A stretch of 64,000 nt of DNA from Macrostomum lignano (lineage: Eukaryota). The notes under the pieces were generated by a model. It saw only the letters and a list, made by a program, of their open reading frames with translations. It had not been told where the DNA came from and did no database searches. The stretch lies in the NCBI GenBank assembly GCA_002269645.1, contig NIVC01000278.1, forward strand, positions 375,070-439,069, read 5' to 3'. Positions 26,941-40,155 of the stretch are shown here, piece by piece; the stretch's first letter is position 1; each line of letters starts with the position of its first letter. Position numbers and translations under genes: made by a program.

Positions 26941-28289
26941 TAAAAAATAAAAATAAGTGTAAAAAAGATTTCAAAAAGTAAAAAATGTGTATGCCAAGTG
27001 TACGCCAAAAGTCGTGAGTGTATGCCGGATTAATCCGAGTATTTATCTGAGCATATGTCTAAGTATTTGGTCTGTGAATCTAGTGTCTCTAGTGTTTCTA
27101 GTGTCTCAAGTGTCTCTAGTGTTTTTAGCACCAATTCAAATTGCACTGAATGATCAATATTTAGGTTCCACACAAATAAATAACGCTAAAACAACTAGTC
27201 TCATATATTTCAATGTCCCAATGACAGGACTCAATGGTAGCAAATGGCCTAAGCGGCGCAGTCCTGGCACTGACAAATGTCTGCGCTTGAGCGTGTCTGA
27301 GTTTAGCTCTCAGAGAGCCCTAACTTCTACTAAACTAATAGCTATGTCTCGCGCAGATAAGCGTCGAGGAATAGGTCTACGTGCCTGAAGCAGCAATAGA
27401 CTCACGCTAACTAAGCTATCAGCTATTCCTTAGAATCGCGCACGAGTGCTGTGACTGCACACTCACTCTCACTTATTCGCGCCTGTGTCGCGAATAGACA
27501 TTAGCAGAATGGCTTCAGCCAACTGATTTCCTGCCAAAAGAGTAGGCTGGAAAAATCAGAGCTATAGCACTAGCAGTGCTCTACCAAAACCTGCTCAGGA
27601 GCGTGCTTTCTGCATCAGCGCTGCAATGCTCTTCCAAGACCTGCTCAGGAGCTTGCGGCTGCTTCTAGCGATGCTTTGCTCTACTCAAACCTGTTTAGGA
27701 GCTTTGCTTCGCTGTTAACTAGCACTAGAGCGCTTACTCGGAGATAGCTCTCAACGAGTCTGACCAGCGGTCAAAACGGTTCTGAGGAAAAATTGAGACA
27801 GACAGGCCTGCATTCGTTAATATAGAACGCGGAGGGTGGAGCGTTTTGGCATTCCGTGGCTTGACCATGGAACAGCAGCCCGAAAAGTGCGGATAATGAT
27901 GCACAACAGATATTAAACTATACAAGAACAAGAACAAGCCAAGAACTATACAGGCAGCAAGTTTAACGGAAAACCAATTTAAGTATTTATGCACTTTCTG
28001 CAGTCCGTCTAGACTGTGTTGTATATTGCAAAGGCATGCTAGTCTAAATAACGGCGGCAAGGAATGAGTAAGTTAGTAATCCTGAAGTACAAGTTCGTAG
28101 CAAGGTTTTACGAATTGTAGATACATCTAGACTGCGCATATCTCTAATTCCCCAATCCGGTATGTTCTGAACTTCTGTCCCAGTATACAGGTGGTATACA
28201 GTTACTACAGCAATCGTTAGGTAAGTACATGTAAGTGACTGCAGCAAGGTTTTTTAATGTTTTCAGTATGCCATTTGTTGTATTCCCGA

Positions 28290-28623
28290 ATGCAACAAAA
28301 TCAGTTTTAGCGCAGCAGACACTTATTTTAGCGCCGCAGGCAGTCATTTTAGCGCCGCAGTCACTCATTTTAGCGCCGCAGACACTTATTTTAGCGCAGC
28401 AGACACTCATTTTAGCGCAGCAGACACTCATTTTAGCGCAGCAGACACTCATTTTAGCGCCGCAGGCACTCCTTTTAGCGCCGCAGGCACTCCTTTTAGC
28501 TCCACAGGCACTCATTTTAGCACTAAAAGTAAGCACTGGTATTTTGGCCTTAGAAAAGAATACCGACAGGCAACTCATTTTTATTATATAAGATACAGAC
28601 AACTCATTTTTAGGATATATAGG
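28290..28623 (-). mobile_element. Non-autonomous Helitron-type 5' end carrying the 21-bp minisatellite
   Basis: Minus strand A|TCCTATATATCCTAAAAATGAGTTGTCTG, same terminus type as at 59291; followed by (CTAAAATGAGTGTCTGCTGCG)n. Confidence 0.55.
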
Positions 28624-29214
28624 ATGCCCGGCGCTTCAGCTTGGCCGGCTCTTACGCCACTATGTATTATTATATTTCAAATATTTTTACAGTATTGGTT
28701 ACAGTTTGTATATAATAGTGTGCGAGTAATAAAGCAGTGCATCAATATAAATAAATCGAAGTACAGTATAAAATAAATCGAATAAAAGTAGAGAATTGAT
28801 ATTTGAAAACTGATATGTATTGAATTGTGAAATAGGATTTGACATTATGGAATTAAAATATATCTCAGTTATTAGGCAATAAAATATTGATTACTATTGT
28901 GATGGATTTAAGTAGTAAAAATAGTTTACAGGTATTGTCATAAATACAGAGTAATAAGTGACTGTGGATATCAGTTAATTGCTCATTAATTGGTAACGTA
29001 TGTAAACAGTCAACATTCAATGTAAATTTATAGCGTAGCATGACTAGAGAGCTTTATGGTAGCTATAGCGAAGATATTAAAATTGTCAATGTTAGTCAGT
29101 TAAATCTGTTTTCACTGAACTAAAGTTACTAAACCAATAATTAAACTGGTTTTAAATAAGCATTCATATGCTTCTCACTTTCAACTCGTTTTGCTATGGT
29201 GACAAAAGTATCCA

Positions 29215-29377
29215 GGTATCCAGGTGCAGATTTGCGGTGCCCCTATGGCATCGCAGCGGCCAGGCCATAGGCGTTGAATATCCTGGGCCCCAGGTCCGGC
29301 TAGATTAAAAAGCCGGCAGCCCAGAGCTCCGGCAACGGCAGAGCGCGCTCGAAGCCCTCGTAGCGATCGGGCAGAAT
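29215..29377 (-). pseudogene. KDM3: KDM3/JMJD1-type JmjC histone demethylase pseudo-exon
   Basis: After acceptor CATTCAG|: ILPDRYEGFERALPLPE...*PDLGPRIFNAYG...(frameshift)GTANLHLD versus KDM3 MPTRFEDLMENLPLPEY...RPDLGPKMYNAYG...GTTNLHLD. Contains stops, a deletion and a frameshift. Confidence 0.8.
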
Positions 29378-30279
29378 CTGAATGAGAGTGCAAAATGTTT
29401 TTAACTGGTTAGTTTTGTCTTCGTTACATATTGCTGAAGATTCTGGAGGGTAAAGACCCAGGGTGGATTCTGGAGGGTATTTGCTTAAGACGAACGAGTC
29501 AATTGTGGATGGAATGTACTTATCTGTTGTAGTAGGATGCAATAACTCGTAGGATGGTAGGATGCAGTGCCGCCAAGTATCAGAACGTAGCCGAGTGGCC
29601 AAACCAAGGCTGCTGGGGTGCTGGAATTGAACTTAATTGGTTGCATTGAACAGCAGTCCTAAGTAATATTTTTTTTAATGTAAATCGTAACAGTGTGCAA
29701 TGCTTTTTTACTGATTACAACTTGCCAAGTTTATACTATGGTATGATCAATAAATAAGGAAGAAATTGAAGGCAAAGATTTTTAATCCAAAAAGGGGGCT
29801 GGGTAAGAACCCTCGGGGCGAACCATTTTTATTTAAATACTACAATACATATTCACAGCAAACCATTTCGCCCCGAGGGTTCATATCTGATTGTAGGGAA
29901 AGTTCTCGGAATTGTCTGTCTGTCTGTCCTTCTGTGTGTCTGTATGTATGTCTGTATCGGTTCGCCTGCCTGTCAGTCTGTCTGTCCTTCTGTATGTCTG
30001 TCTGTATCGGTCTGTCTGCCTGTCTGTCCTTCTGTATGTCTGTCTGTCCTTCTGTATGTCTGCCTGTCTCTCGGCCTGTCTGTCTGTCTGTCCATCCGTC
30101 TGCCTGCTAGCCTGTCTGTCTGAAATAGTGAAATAGTGATTTTTTGTGAATTGGTATTATTCTTTATTCCTTAGGGACATCTGTTTAAAAATGTTAAAAA
30201 ATTCCGAAAACTTTCCCCACAGTCAGATAGCCCAGCCCACCCAGCGCAATTTTACACAATTTTACAATTTTACGCAAAG

Positions 30280-30432
30280 TTTTTAAAGCCGCAGGCCGCT
30301 GCTGCGGAGGCGCCGAATGCGGCGGCGCTGAGCCAGCGGCGGCGGTGGTGGCGGTGGCGCCGGTGGTGGTGGCGGTGGCGCCGGCGGTGGTGGCGCCGGC
30401 GGCGGTGGCACTTGATCCTGATCCTGATCCAT
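30280..30432 (-). other. Possible isolated proline-rich exon (MDQDQDQVPPPPAPPPP...RRRIRRLR)
   Basis: Strong acceptor TTTCTTTTCCAG| directly before a GC-rich block; no homology recognised. Confidence 0.3.
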
Positions 30433-33044
30433 CTGGAAAAGAAACCAGAGTTGAGTGAAAAAAACCATTTTTCGCACCATCTTGAAACCATAATGATGAA
30501 TTGCGTCACTTAAAACATGATGCTAGTGTATGTCTAGAAACCATAGTGCACATGTCCTCCTCATACTAATTTTAGTAGCCTACTCTTCCTAGTTGTCTCG
30601 CAGGTCACTCAGATACTCAGGGTGAACCTCCTGGATTTAAAGGTCTGTGTTCAGTATATTGCTTGTGTATAGGAAAAATTTGTGTGCTTTGGGAGCACTA
30701 GAAACGGTGGGAAAGAAAAAGTGGATGGCTATGTAATCCTACTAAATTAGTTACGCCATGAAGATTTTAACATTAAGATTCGCATAAGGTAATTTTTTAA
30801 ATCTAAATGGCCTCCTAAAAATGCATGTTTCCTTGGTTGTTACACTGCCGCAGACTGTGATGGAGCTGGAGATACACAAATTCCTCTTAGGGCTGCTGAT
30901 TGATTAGTTTCAATATTTAAGTTTTAATTTCAAGTTGAAATAGGAAGTTTCAACTCTGTAACTCAACCGAAAAAGAAACTGTAAGCATGTGAAGTTTGTC
31001 TGCTTTTTCTGTTGTTTTTGCCACTCACTCACTCATTCCCCCAGCCCAGACGAAGGGTCAGGCGATAGGGCTGAATGTACATAGCAAATGTACCGTGTTT
31101 TAGAATAACTTTTTAATAGCCTTCTGTGTACCCCGCGCGTGGAAAGGCTACGTTTAGCCATGACAGTTTAGTGAGAAATTCTAACCACTGTCCTCTGTAT
31201 TGGCAAACTCTGCAGCAGTTTAACAGTGGATGGCAAATCGAGGGAATTCAGCATGGTTTGTAAAAGCGAAAGATTTATGAAAAGGCGATGCAATGCAATA
31301 CAACCCTACTAAATTAGTCACACCATGGAAATTTTAGGTTTCTCTTAAAAGTACTTTGAATTTTAAATTTCCTCCTAAGAAATGCGTATTTCCTTTGTTG
31401 TTAAACTGCTGCAGACTGCAGTGGAGATGAAAATACACAAATTCCTTTCAGGACTGCAAATTGGCAAGAAAGAAGACATGATCAAAGCATGAGAACAGCC
31501 ATGAGAGTACTAAGAGAGGAAAGAAGACGGGAGAGAGAGCAGAGGAGAGACAACGGGAGAGAAGTGGAGTAAGACAGACACTAAGAAAGACATTGGGACA
31601 GACACTAAGATAGACACTAGGATAGATAACAGATATGACAGAAATAACTATATATAGCTTATTACTAAATATATATATATAGCTTATTATGAACTGTAAA
31701 TATCCACCTATAATAAATGTCTAAGTCTGTTATAACTAAATGCGCATAGCTTAAAACTCACTATATATGCTTATAACTAAGCAAATATTGGTTATTATGA
31801 AGCGTATTATCAGAGTAAGACTCTAGGAAGTCGAACAATTTTAAAGTTCAAAATGCCATCCACAATTTGTGCAAGCGAAAATCACAATCAAAAAAACGTG
31901 GCGCCAAGTCTTATGACGCTCGTTAAAAGATTAATCTAATATATTCCATTGAAAAAACTTGATATCGTGCGCTTGCAGCAAAACTGAATTTTACTAAGAA
32001 TTATTCAAACAGTGGCATTTTCGCTTTAAAATTATTCGATTCCTTGAACTTACCTGTATTTAAAGACAAATTAAAAATAACCAAGTATAGCCGTTAAGCT
32101 TGCGCTCAAATATTTATACTCTATGCAGGCCTATGCTTAAAATGAGACAAGGATAGAATTTTCTTTCCAGCTCTTTATATAAGCTCCTTGATACTGGTGA
32201 ATAAAGCCACAAATTAACTTACACCGTGGGTGGTGGCCGTCGTTGAATCAAAAAGCGAGAGGCTCATTAATCAAAGGGAGGGGTTGGCTTGCCTAACTCA
32301 CCGTGGGAGAATTCTCATTGGCCCGCGTGCTCAGTTTTGGGGTGGGTGTAGAACGGTGGCCCTCTCTCAATGTACGATAACTCCTAGTAGGCTGCTTGCA
32401 AGTCAGCGTTCAAACTTTTATGGGAAAACTATTCGACTATATATAATATACTAGAATTTAGAATTAGAATTTATAATGTATATTAGTACATATAGAATAT
32501 ATACGAGCGTATGGTCAGACACACAAGACAGGCAAATCTGCTGACTCATCAGTTCAAGTGCTTGGAAGGTCAGTTTGTCATTGTGGGGGGACAGAATACT
32601 CTCAAGTCGCAATCAGATAGCTCGTAGTAGGACAGTGGTTGAATTCCTTACTGTACTGTCATGGCTTAACGTTACCAGAGAAGGCTATAAAAAGTTATTT
32701 TAACTTTCCCTCACAGTTATCCCTATCACCTGATCCTTGTCTGGGGGAATGAGTGAGTGCAGTAGCACAAACAACAAAAAGCAGACAAACTTCACATGCC
32801 TACAGTTTCTGTTCTAACTGAAGTACAAAGTTGAGACTTTATATTTAGACAGAGAATGAGTCAATAAAGAATTGTATAAAGTTTGAAGTCAATCGCTGTA
32901 TACGTGGAGCAAACTTGTGTCAGCTGAAAGTTATTCAATTTTAAACCCCTTTCACACATCTGTCTAGTGGCCAGGAAGGAGAGAGACGGAGGTTGGGGTG
33001 GCTGTCTTGCTGACGAAAAGCAGACTAACTTTAAAAGCTTTAAA

Positions 33045-33760
33045 AGCGCGGGAAAGCTCGAATTGGCGCCGGAAGCTAAATTTGGCGCCAGGATCCCCAA
33101 ATTGGCGCCAGGATCGCCGAATCAGCGCTGAAATGCTGAAATCAGCGCGAGAGGACCCAAACTAGCCCTGGAAAGCTCAAAATAGCGCTGGAAAGCTCAA
33201 ATTGGCGCGGGAAAGCTCGAATTGGCGCCGGAAGCTAAATTTGGCGCCAGGATCCCCAAATTGGCGCCAGGAACCCCAAATCAACTCAAGAAGGCTCAAA
33301 CCAGCCCTAGGAAGCTCAAACTAGCCCTGGAAAGCTCAAACTAGCGCTGGAAAGCTCAAATTGGCGCGGGAAAGCTCGAATTGGCGCCGGAAGCTAAATT
33401 TGGCGCCAGGATCCCCAAATTGGCGCCAGGATCGCCGAATCAGCGCTGAAATGCTGAAATCAGCGCGAGAGGACCCAAACTAGCCCTGGAAAGCTCAAAA
33501 TAGCGCTGGAAAGCTCAAATTGGCGCGGGAAAGCTCGAATTGGCGCCGGAAGCTAAATTTGGCGCCAGGATCCCCAAATTGGCGCCAGGAACCCCAAATC
33601 AACTCAAGAAGGCCCAAACCAGCCCTAGGAAGCTCAAACTAGCCCTGGAAAGCTCAAACTAGCGCTGGAAAGCTCAAATTGGCGCGGGAAAGCTCGAATT
33701 GGCGCCGGAAGCTAAATTTGGCGCCAGGATCCCCAAATTGGCGCCAGGATCGCCGAATCT
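33045..33760. repeat. ~20-bp satellite with 160/320-bp higher-order structure
   Basis: Units such as TTGGCGCGGGAAAGCTCGAA; 8-unit blocks recur about every 160 bp and alternate between two variants (ABABA). Confidence 0.92.
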
Positions 33761-33901
33761 GTCTGTCTGCCCGTTTATCTGTCCTTCTCCGTGTTTTTCT
33801 CTCTCCCTGTGTGTCTGTACAGGTGTCTGGACTGTACATGTATGTGTCCAAAAAATTAAATTTTGTGTGTTGAAAAACAAATGGTGTCCTATGGCAACTT
33901 A

Positions 33902-35445
33902 CCAATGATGGAAGGGCTGGCCGCCTCGCCCTCGTCCCCCGCCTCGCCCTCGTCCCCCGCCTCGCCCTCCGCCCCGCAAGCCGAATCCAGTATTTCTGTA
34001 AAGTTCAAAAGTCGCAATGTAAGTTTTTTTGAGAGGCGCGCAATTTGTTCTATCAAGATATTTCGGGTGGGGCGGGGATGGGACGTGAATAAGGTCTCTG
34101 ATAGCGAGAACATTAGAACCAGAGAACAAGTGTAAGTTTTACTCTGAGAACTGTTGTTTATTTCATTTATAGTAAATTGCTTATTAACTCTAAACTGCTC
34201 AGCTTTTGATGCACAGAGACGTTATACATAAACTATAGTTGTGTTGTGTATGAGGCTATTCTGAGATTAACATGAGGAAATCAGATAGGAAGATATGACA
34301 TTCAGGGATAAGGATGTGAGAATCAGGAAATCTGGAGATTCGGGGATGCCTTCTCTGACCAGCTACTCCAAGTAGACAGCTACGAAATGTGTCGATTTTA
34401 GATTTTAGATTTTGGGTTCTGAAGGGGCATCCACTGAAGGATCTGAGGGGGCACCCACTGAAGGACCTGAGGGACCAGCCAGTGCAGCCACTGAAGGAAC
34501 TGCTGGGCATCTAAAAGGTGTTTGACAGTGCTGAGAATTAATGAGGTCTTTAGCATAGAGGGGGAGGGATTTTACACCTGAAAATCTGAAATCTCCTACG
34601 ATCTGCCAGCAGCTTCACTTCTGATCCCTGCAGCCCTATAGCCTTCTTTTGCTAGCCTGCATATGTATAAGGTATCACCCCATGGACTGATTTATCTGGA
34701 CCACATACAAGACTGAGGACTGTGTTGATGGGCCGAGACGAAGCCGATCTAGTTACGATTTAAATCGTAAATGAAAGAAATTAGACTGCATATTTAGGAG
34801 TATACATTTTAGCATTCAATATTTGAAAAATATCTTACCCAGCCAGCTGGCCCAGCAGCTGGGCTTGCAGCAGCTGCAAGCGGGCGACGGTTTGCATCTG
34901 GAAATAAATTAATATTTACACAAATAAGCTTGCTGAATTTAATTCTGTGTAATGTAATGTCCTAGTGCCTGACCATCAATCTGAAAGCTCAGTAAAGCTT
35001 ATTCTAACTTGAGACTGTGTCTGGAATCTGAGATCTGGAACCTGAAATCTGGAATCTGAGATCTGGGATCTGGAACCTGAAATCTGGAATCTGAGATCTA
35101 GATAGCAAAGATATATATAGAAATGATTTAGGCAGCAAATGCACGTACTAATGTCTCTCTTTTGCGGACGCGGGCCCAGCGGCGGCCCGCCCGCCGTCTG
35201 GCAGCCGCCTCCGCCGGTGCTGCCTCCGCCGGTGCTGCCTCCGCCGGAGCCGCCGCCGGAGCCGCCGGAGCCGCCGCCGGAGCTGCCGGCGCTGCCTCCG
35301 CCGGAGCCGCCGCCGGAGCTGCCTCCGGAGCTGCCTCCGGAGCTGCCTCCGCCGCCGCCGGAGCTGCCTCCGCCGCAGCCTCCACCTCGGCGGCCCAGTC
35401 AACAGGGCCCCTTTTTGGGGCCCTCTTTTTATTTCTTTTTTCCAT
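33902..35445 (-). CDS. Putative small spliced low-complexity (Ala/Pro-rich) gene of unknown function
   Basis: GC-rich blocks bounded by canonical sites: 35445-35149 (MEKRNKKRAPKRGPVDWAAEVEAAAE...), 34897-34839, 34510-~34405, and a separate exon-like block 33996-33902. The first three can be spliced in frame. Confidence 0.3.
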
Positions 35446-37079
35446 TGCTGCAAATGATTACAGAAATTCTATTATATAAAATTCTAATCCTTTCGAAATT
35501 TATATTTTTATATACTAAATATGGGAGAAATGGAAGAAGTGACAGATAGGGTGAATAGGGAAAAATGGGAGAGAAGTGACCTATAGGGTGAATAGGGAAA
35601 AGAAATGGGAGAGAAGTGAGAGCTGGGGTGCATTGGGAGATTTAACTAGCTTTAACTAACTAGATTTAACTAGCTATATACTAACTGTGATTGTTAGCCA
35701 ACCGTGTTTTTGTGAACAGGGTTGTTGCCTCTCCTGCACCACGCAGAGGTCATCACAACGCAGGAGTGGGGATCTGGATGTATGCAAAGTGACAATAATT
35801 ACCCCAGCAAAGTATACAGAACTGATTTGCAAAGTGGGCAAAGTCACAGCAGTGAACCAGATCTTCTGCCACAGCATTTTCTGCAAAGCGGCCAGTCTTG
35901 CAAAGAGACTGAGGATTGCTTTACTGAGTATAACATCAGTTAAGTTTAAAACAGACAGTTTTTTGGCTCTTAATTCGAATAGATGCATGCTTAACTATAG
36001 CGAAAAGCAGCCGAGCGGCCAAATAAACTGATAGTAGTCGGATTGGCTCTCGTCTCTATAGCTGAATGAGACATACCTGTTTGATTACTGTTAACACTTG
36101 AGACGCAGGCGTTAGTCAGTACAATAGCAGCACCCTGCGGCTGCGCTTGCACTGTTGCACTGCTGTCTTCCATGTGAAAAAATTCTCGATAAGCACTGAT
36201 TCCAGATCCAAGCTCGTAGTTATCAAACTCATCAGGTTTGTCTGCCGGGATGTTCACTTCAGCACTCGTGGCTGGTGTTGCAGTAGCCGTGGCAGGTGTT
36301 GCAGTTGCAGCGGCCGTGGCAGGTGTAGCAGTTGCAGCGGCCGTGGCAGGTGTAGCAGTTGCAGCGGCCGTGGCAGGTGTAGCGGCGCTCGAATGCCCTG
36401 CACTTTCAATAAGATCAGAATGTTGGTAATTGACAAATACCAGATCCGTATTTTCCAACTTTTCAACCAACTGAACACATTCCGCCCTGTTTAAATGATG
36501 GGGTGACTTGAAATCGAGAGAAAATCTTCCGCGTGCAAATTTGGTTTTGTTTCGCTTGTCACTCTCCATTTGCTTCCATGGAATCGGGCCTCTGTTTCCA
36601 GCTCTCTTGAAAGCAGTCGTTGCTTTCTCCTGGATTGACAGTCTCAGCTTCTTCACATCACGAAAAGCGTTGGAAGGTCCGGTAGCTTCAGCTCGAACTG
36701 ATGCTTCTGTCGTAGCTTCCATTCGGGCTTGAGAGGCGATTTTTTCTTCTCGATGATATTCCTCTCCTTTCTTGATGATATCAGAAAGCTGTTTCACCGC
36801 TGCAGTTAATTCCTCTTGAACTCGGGAAGATACTCCATCAGATACGTAACATTCGGGCTTATCTGTTGGTATGGATGGAGGAATAACGACGCAGAAAGAG
36901 TTTTTAGCTCGTTTCAAGTCGACCAGAATGCTGCTTTTAAAATCTCTCGGACGATCTTTAGCCCTCTGCCTAAGAGCGTATTTCTCGTCCTGCGTTAGAG
37001 CCTGGTATTCAGCCTTGAGAGCAGGTGTCCATTCTAAAAGTAATTTTGGGATTTAGGGATATACAGACATCGGAGATTA

Positions 37080-40000
37080 AGATTCAGACGGAGAGTCAGA
37101 CAGACAGACACTAAGACATAGACAGACAGACAGAGAGACACTAAGACATACAGACAGACAGACAGAAAGACACTAAGACATAGACAGACAGACAGACACT
37201 AAGACATAGACAGACAGAGAGACACTAAGATATACAGAAGGACAGAAAAAGAGACTGACAGACAGACAGTGAGACACTAAGACATACAGACAGACAGTAA
37301 GACATAGACTGACAGACACAGACACTAAGACATACAGACAGACAGACAGACACTAAGACATAGACAGACAGACAGAGAGATACTAAGACATACAGACAGA
37401 CAGAGAGACACTAAGACATACAGACAGACAGACAGAAAGACACTAAGACATAGACAGACAGACAGACAGACACTAAGACATAGACAGACAGAGAGACACT
37501 AAGATATACAGACAGACAGAAAGAGAGACTGACAGACAGACAGTGAGACACTAAGACATACAGACAGACAGTAAGACATAGACTGACAGACACAGACACT
37601 AAGACATACAGACAGACAGACAGACACTAAGACATAGACAGACAGACAGAGGGACACTAAGACATACAGACAGACAGAGAGACACTAAGACATACAGACA
37701 GAAATACACTAAGATAGACAGGCAGGCAGGCAGACAGACAGACAGACAGACAGAGAGACACTAAGACATACCTCACATACAGACAGACAGACAGACAAAC
37801 AGAGAAACACTAATACATACAGACAGACAGACAGACACTAAGATATATATACAGACAGACAGACAGACACTAAAATATACAGACAGACAGGCAGATACTA
37901 AGACATACAGACAGACAGAGAGACACTAAGACATACAGACAGACAGACAGAAAGACACTAAGACATAGACAGACAGACAGACACTAAGACATAGACAGAC
38001 AGAGAGACACTAAGATATACAGACAGACAGAAAGAGAGACTGACAGACAGACAGAGAGACACTAAGACATACCTCACATACAGACAGACAGACAGACAGA
38101 GAGACACTAAGACATACAGACAGACAGACATACAGACAGACAGACACTCAGACATACAGACAGACAGACATACAGACAGACAGACACTAAGGATACATAC
38201 AGACAGACAGGCAGACCGACAAAAGACAGATAGACAGACACTAAGATATACAGATGGACAGGCAGACAGACAGAAAGACAGATAGACAGACACTAAGATA
38301 GGGATAGCGACATTTGCCTGCGGGACGTTTGCCAGCCGACGTTTGCCTGCGGGACGTTTGCCAGCCGACATTTGCCAGCCGACGTTTGCCAGCCGACGTT
38401 TGCCAGTGGGACGTTTGCCAGCCGAAGTTTGCCTGCGGGACGTTTGCCAGCCGACGTTTGCCTGCGGGACGTTTGCCAGCCGACGTTTGCCAGCCGACGT
38501 TTGCCAGCCGAAGTTTGCCAGCCGACGTTTGCCAGCCGACGTTTGCCTGCCGGAAGTTTGCCAGCCAAAATTTGCTAGCCAATATAAAGCCAGTCAGTGA
38601 AAAATGTGATACTGAAATATTCGCAGTTTAGCGGTTTGACAAAAACCGTTTTTACTCCAACTTTTTTACGGTTATTCGCATGTATACAAGTTTGAAAGCA
38701 AAATATATAAATTATGCAGTTCATCAGTCTAACGTCTAATATCTATTTTACCAACGATTTTGGCACAACATAACAAAAGATGAACACTGGGTTTGCCTCG
38801 TATGAAAGCAATAACAATTGTTGTGCTGAAAAGATGAAAACTTCCTATCTCCCTATGGCCTTCAAAACATTTTTCATAGATTTCGAGTGCTGCGTACTTC
38901 TACTTTAGTAGTCCTTGGCGTGACTAAGCTTTGCATACGTAGTGTCTAGCGCTTGCTATCCTACTAGCTTGCTACTGGCGGCTTGTCTGGCTATTCAGCT
39001 ATATAGCTTACTATAAAAACGTACCGCATTCGACTCGTCTACACATGTACGTTGAGATCGCGGTTTCCTGGCTTACTTGAGTAGTAATACAACAGAATTG
39101 GAATCCAATGCTTACTTTTGGATCTCCCAATGAACTGAGAAATATATGAGCCAGAATTACCGCTCAGCAGCTCTTTTTGTGTGCCTCATAACTTAATCGC
39201 TGGAGATTCCCGTTGTAATCTGCGCGTCTTCTTTCGCACATCAAAAATCAAACATCTCAAACTGGGAAAAACGATACACAATTGTCAAAAGTAAACAATA
39301 TTTTCACATTCAAAGAAAATCGTTGTTAAACTGGATATTAGATGTAAATCTATATAAATTGCATAATAATTTATATCTATATAAATTGCATAATTTATAT
39401 AGATTTTGCATAAATTGCTTAATTTATATAGATTTTGCATAAATTGCATAATTTTTATATTTTGCATTTCAAACTTGTATATATGCAAAATTGCGAATAA
39501 CCGTCAAAAAGTTGGAGTAAAAATGGTTTTTGTCAAACCGCTAAACTGCGAATATTTCAATATCAAATTTTTCACTGACTGGCTTTATATTGGCTGGAAA
39601 ACTTCCGGCAGGCAAACGTCGGCTGGCAAACGTCGGCTGGCAAACGTCCCGCAGGCAAACTTCCGACTGGCAAACGTCCCGCTGGCAAACGTCGGCTGGC
39701 AAACGTCGGCTGGCAAACGTCGACTGGCAAATGTCGGCTGGCAAACGTCCCGCAGGCAAACGTCCGGCAGGCAAACGTCCCGCAGGCAAACGTCGTAGAC
39801 CCACTAAGATATACAGACAGACAGAGAGACAGACAGAAATAGAGACAGACAGACAGACAGAGAGACAGTAAGACATACAGACAGAGAGACACTAAGACAT
39901 ACAGACAGAGAGACACTAAGACATACAGACAGACAGACATACAGACAGACAGACAGAGACAGTAAGACATACAGACAGACAGACAGACAGACAGACACTA

Positions 40001-40155
40001 AGACATACAGACAGACAGATACTAAGACATACAGACAGACAGACAGACAGACACTAAGACATACAGACAGACAGACAGAGAGACAGTAAGACATACAGAC
40101 AGACACTAAGACATACAGACAGACAGAGAGACAGTATAATAGACAGACAGACACA
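37080..40155. repeat. Compound GACA/(GACACTAAGACATA) satellite interrupted by a MULE-type element
   Basis: Same-orientation satellite at 37080-38300 and 39803-40155. Confidence 0.95.
38301..39802. mobile_element. Mutator/foldback-like non-autonomous element with long TIRs containing 14-bp arrays
   Basis: TIRs of ~350-420 bp (GGGATAGCGACATTTGCC / GGCAAACGTCGTAGACCC) containing (ACGTTTGCCAGCCG)n; 9-bp TSD ACTAAGATA at 38292-38300 and 39803-39811. Confidence 0.9.

Noticed and set aside
37411-40154. CLSV-rich and ANVGWQTS ORFs
   Set aside because: Translations of the GACA satellite and the 14-bp TIR arrays.
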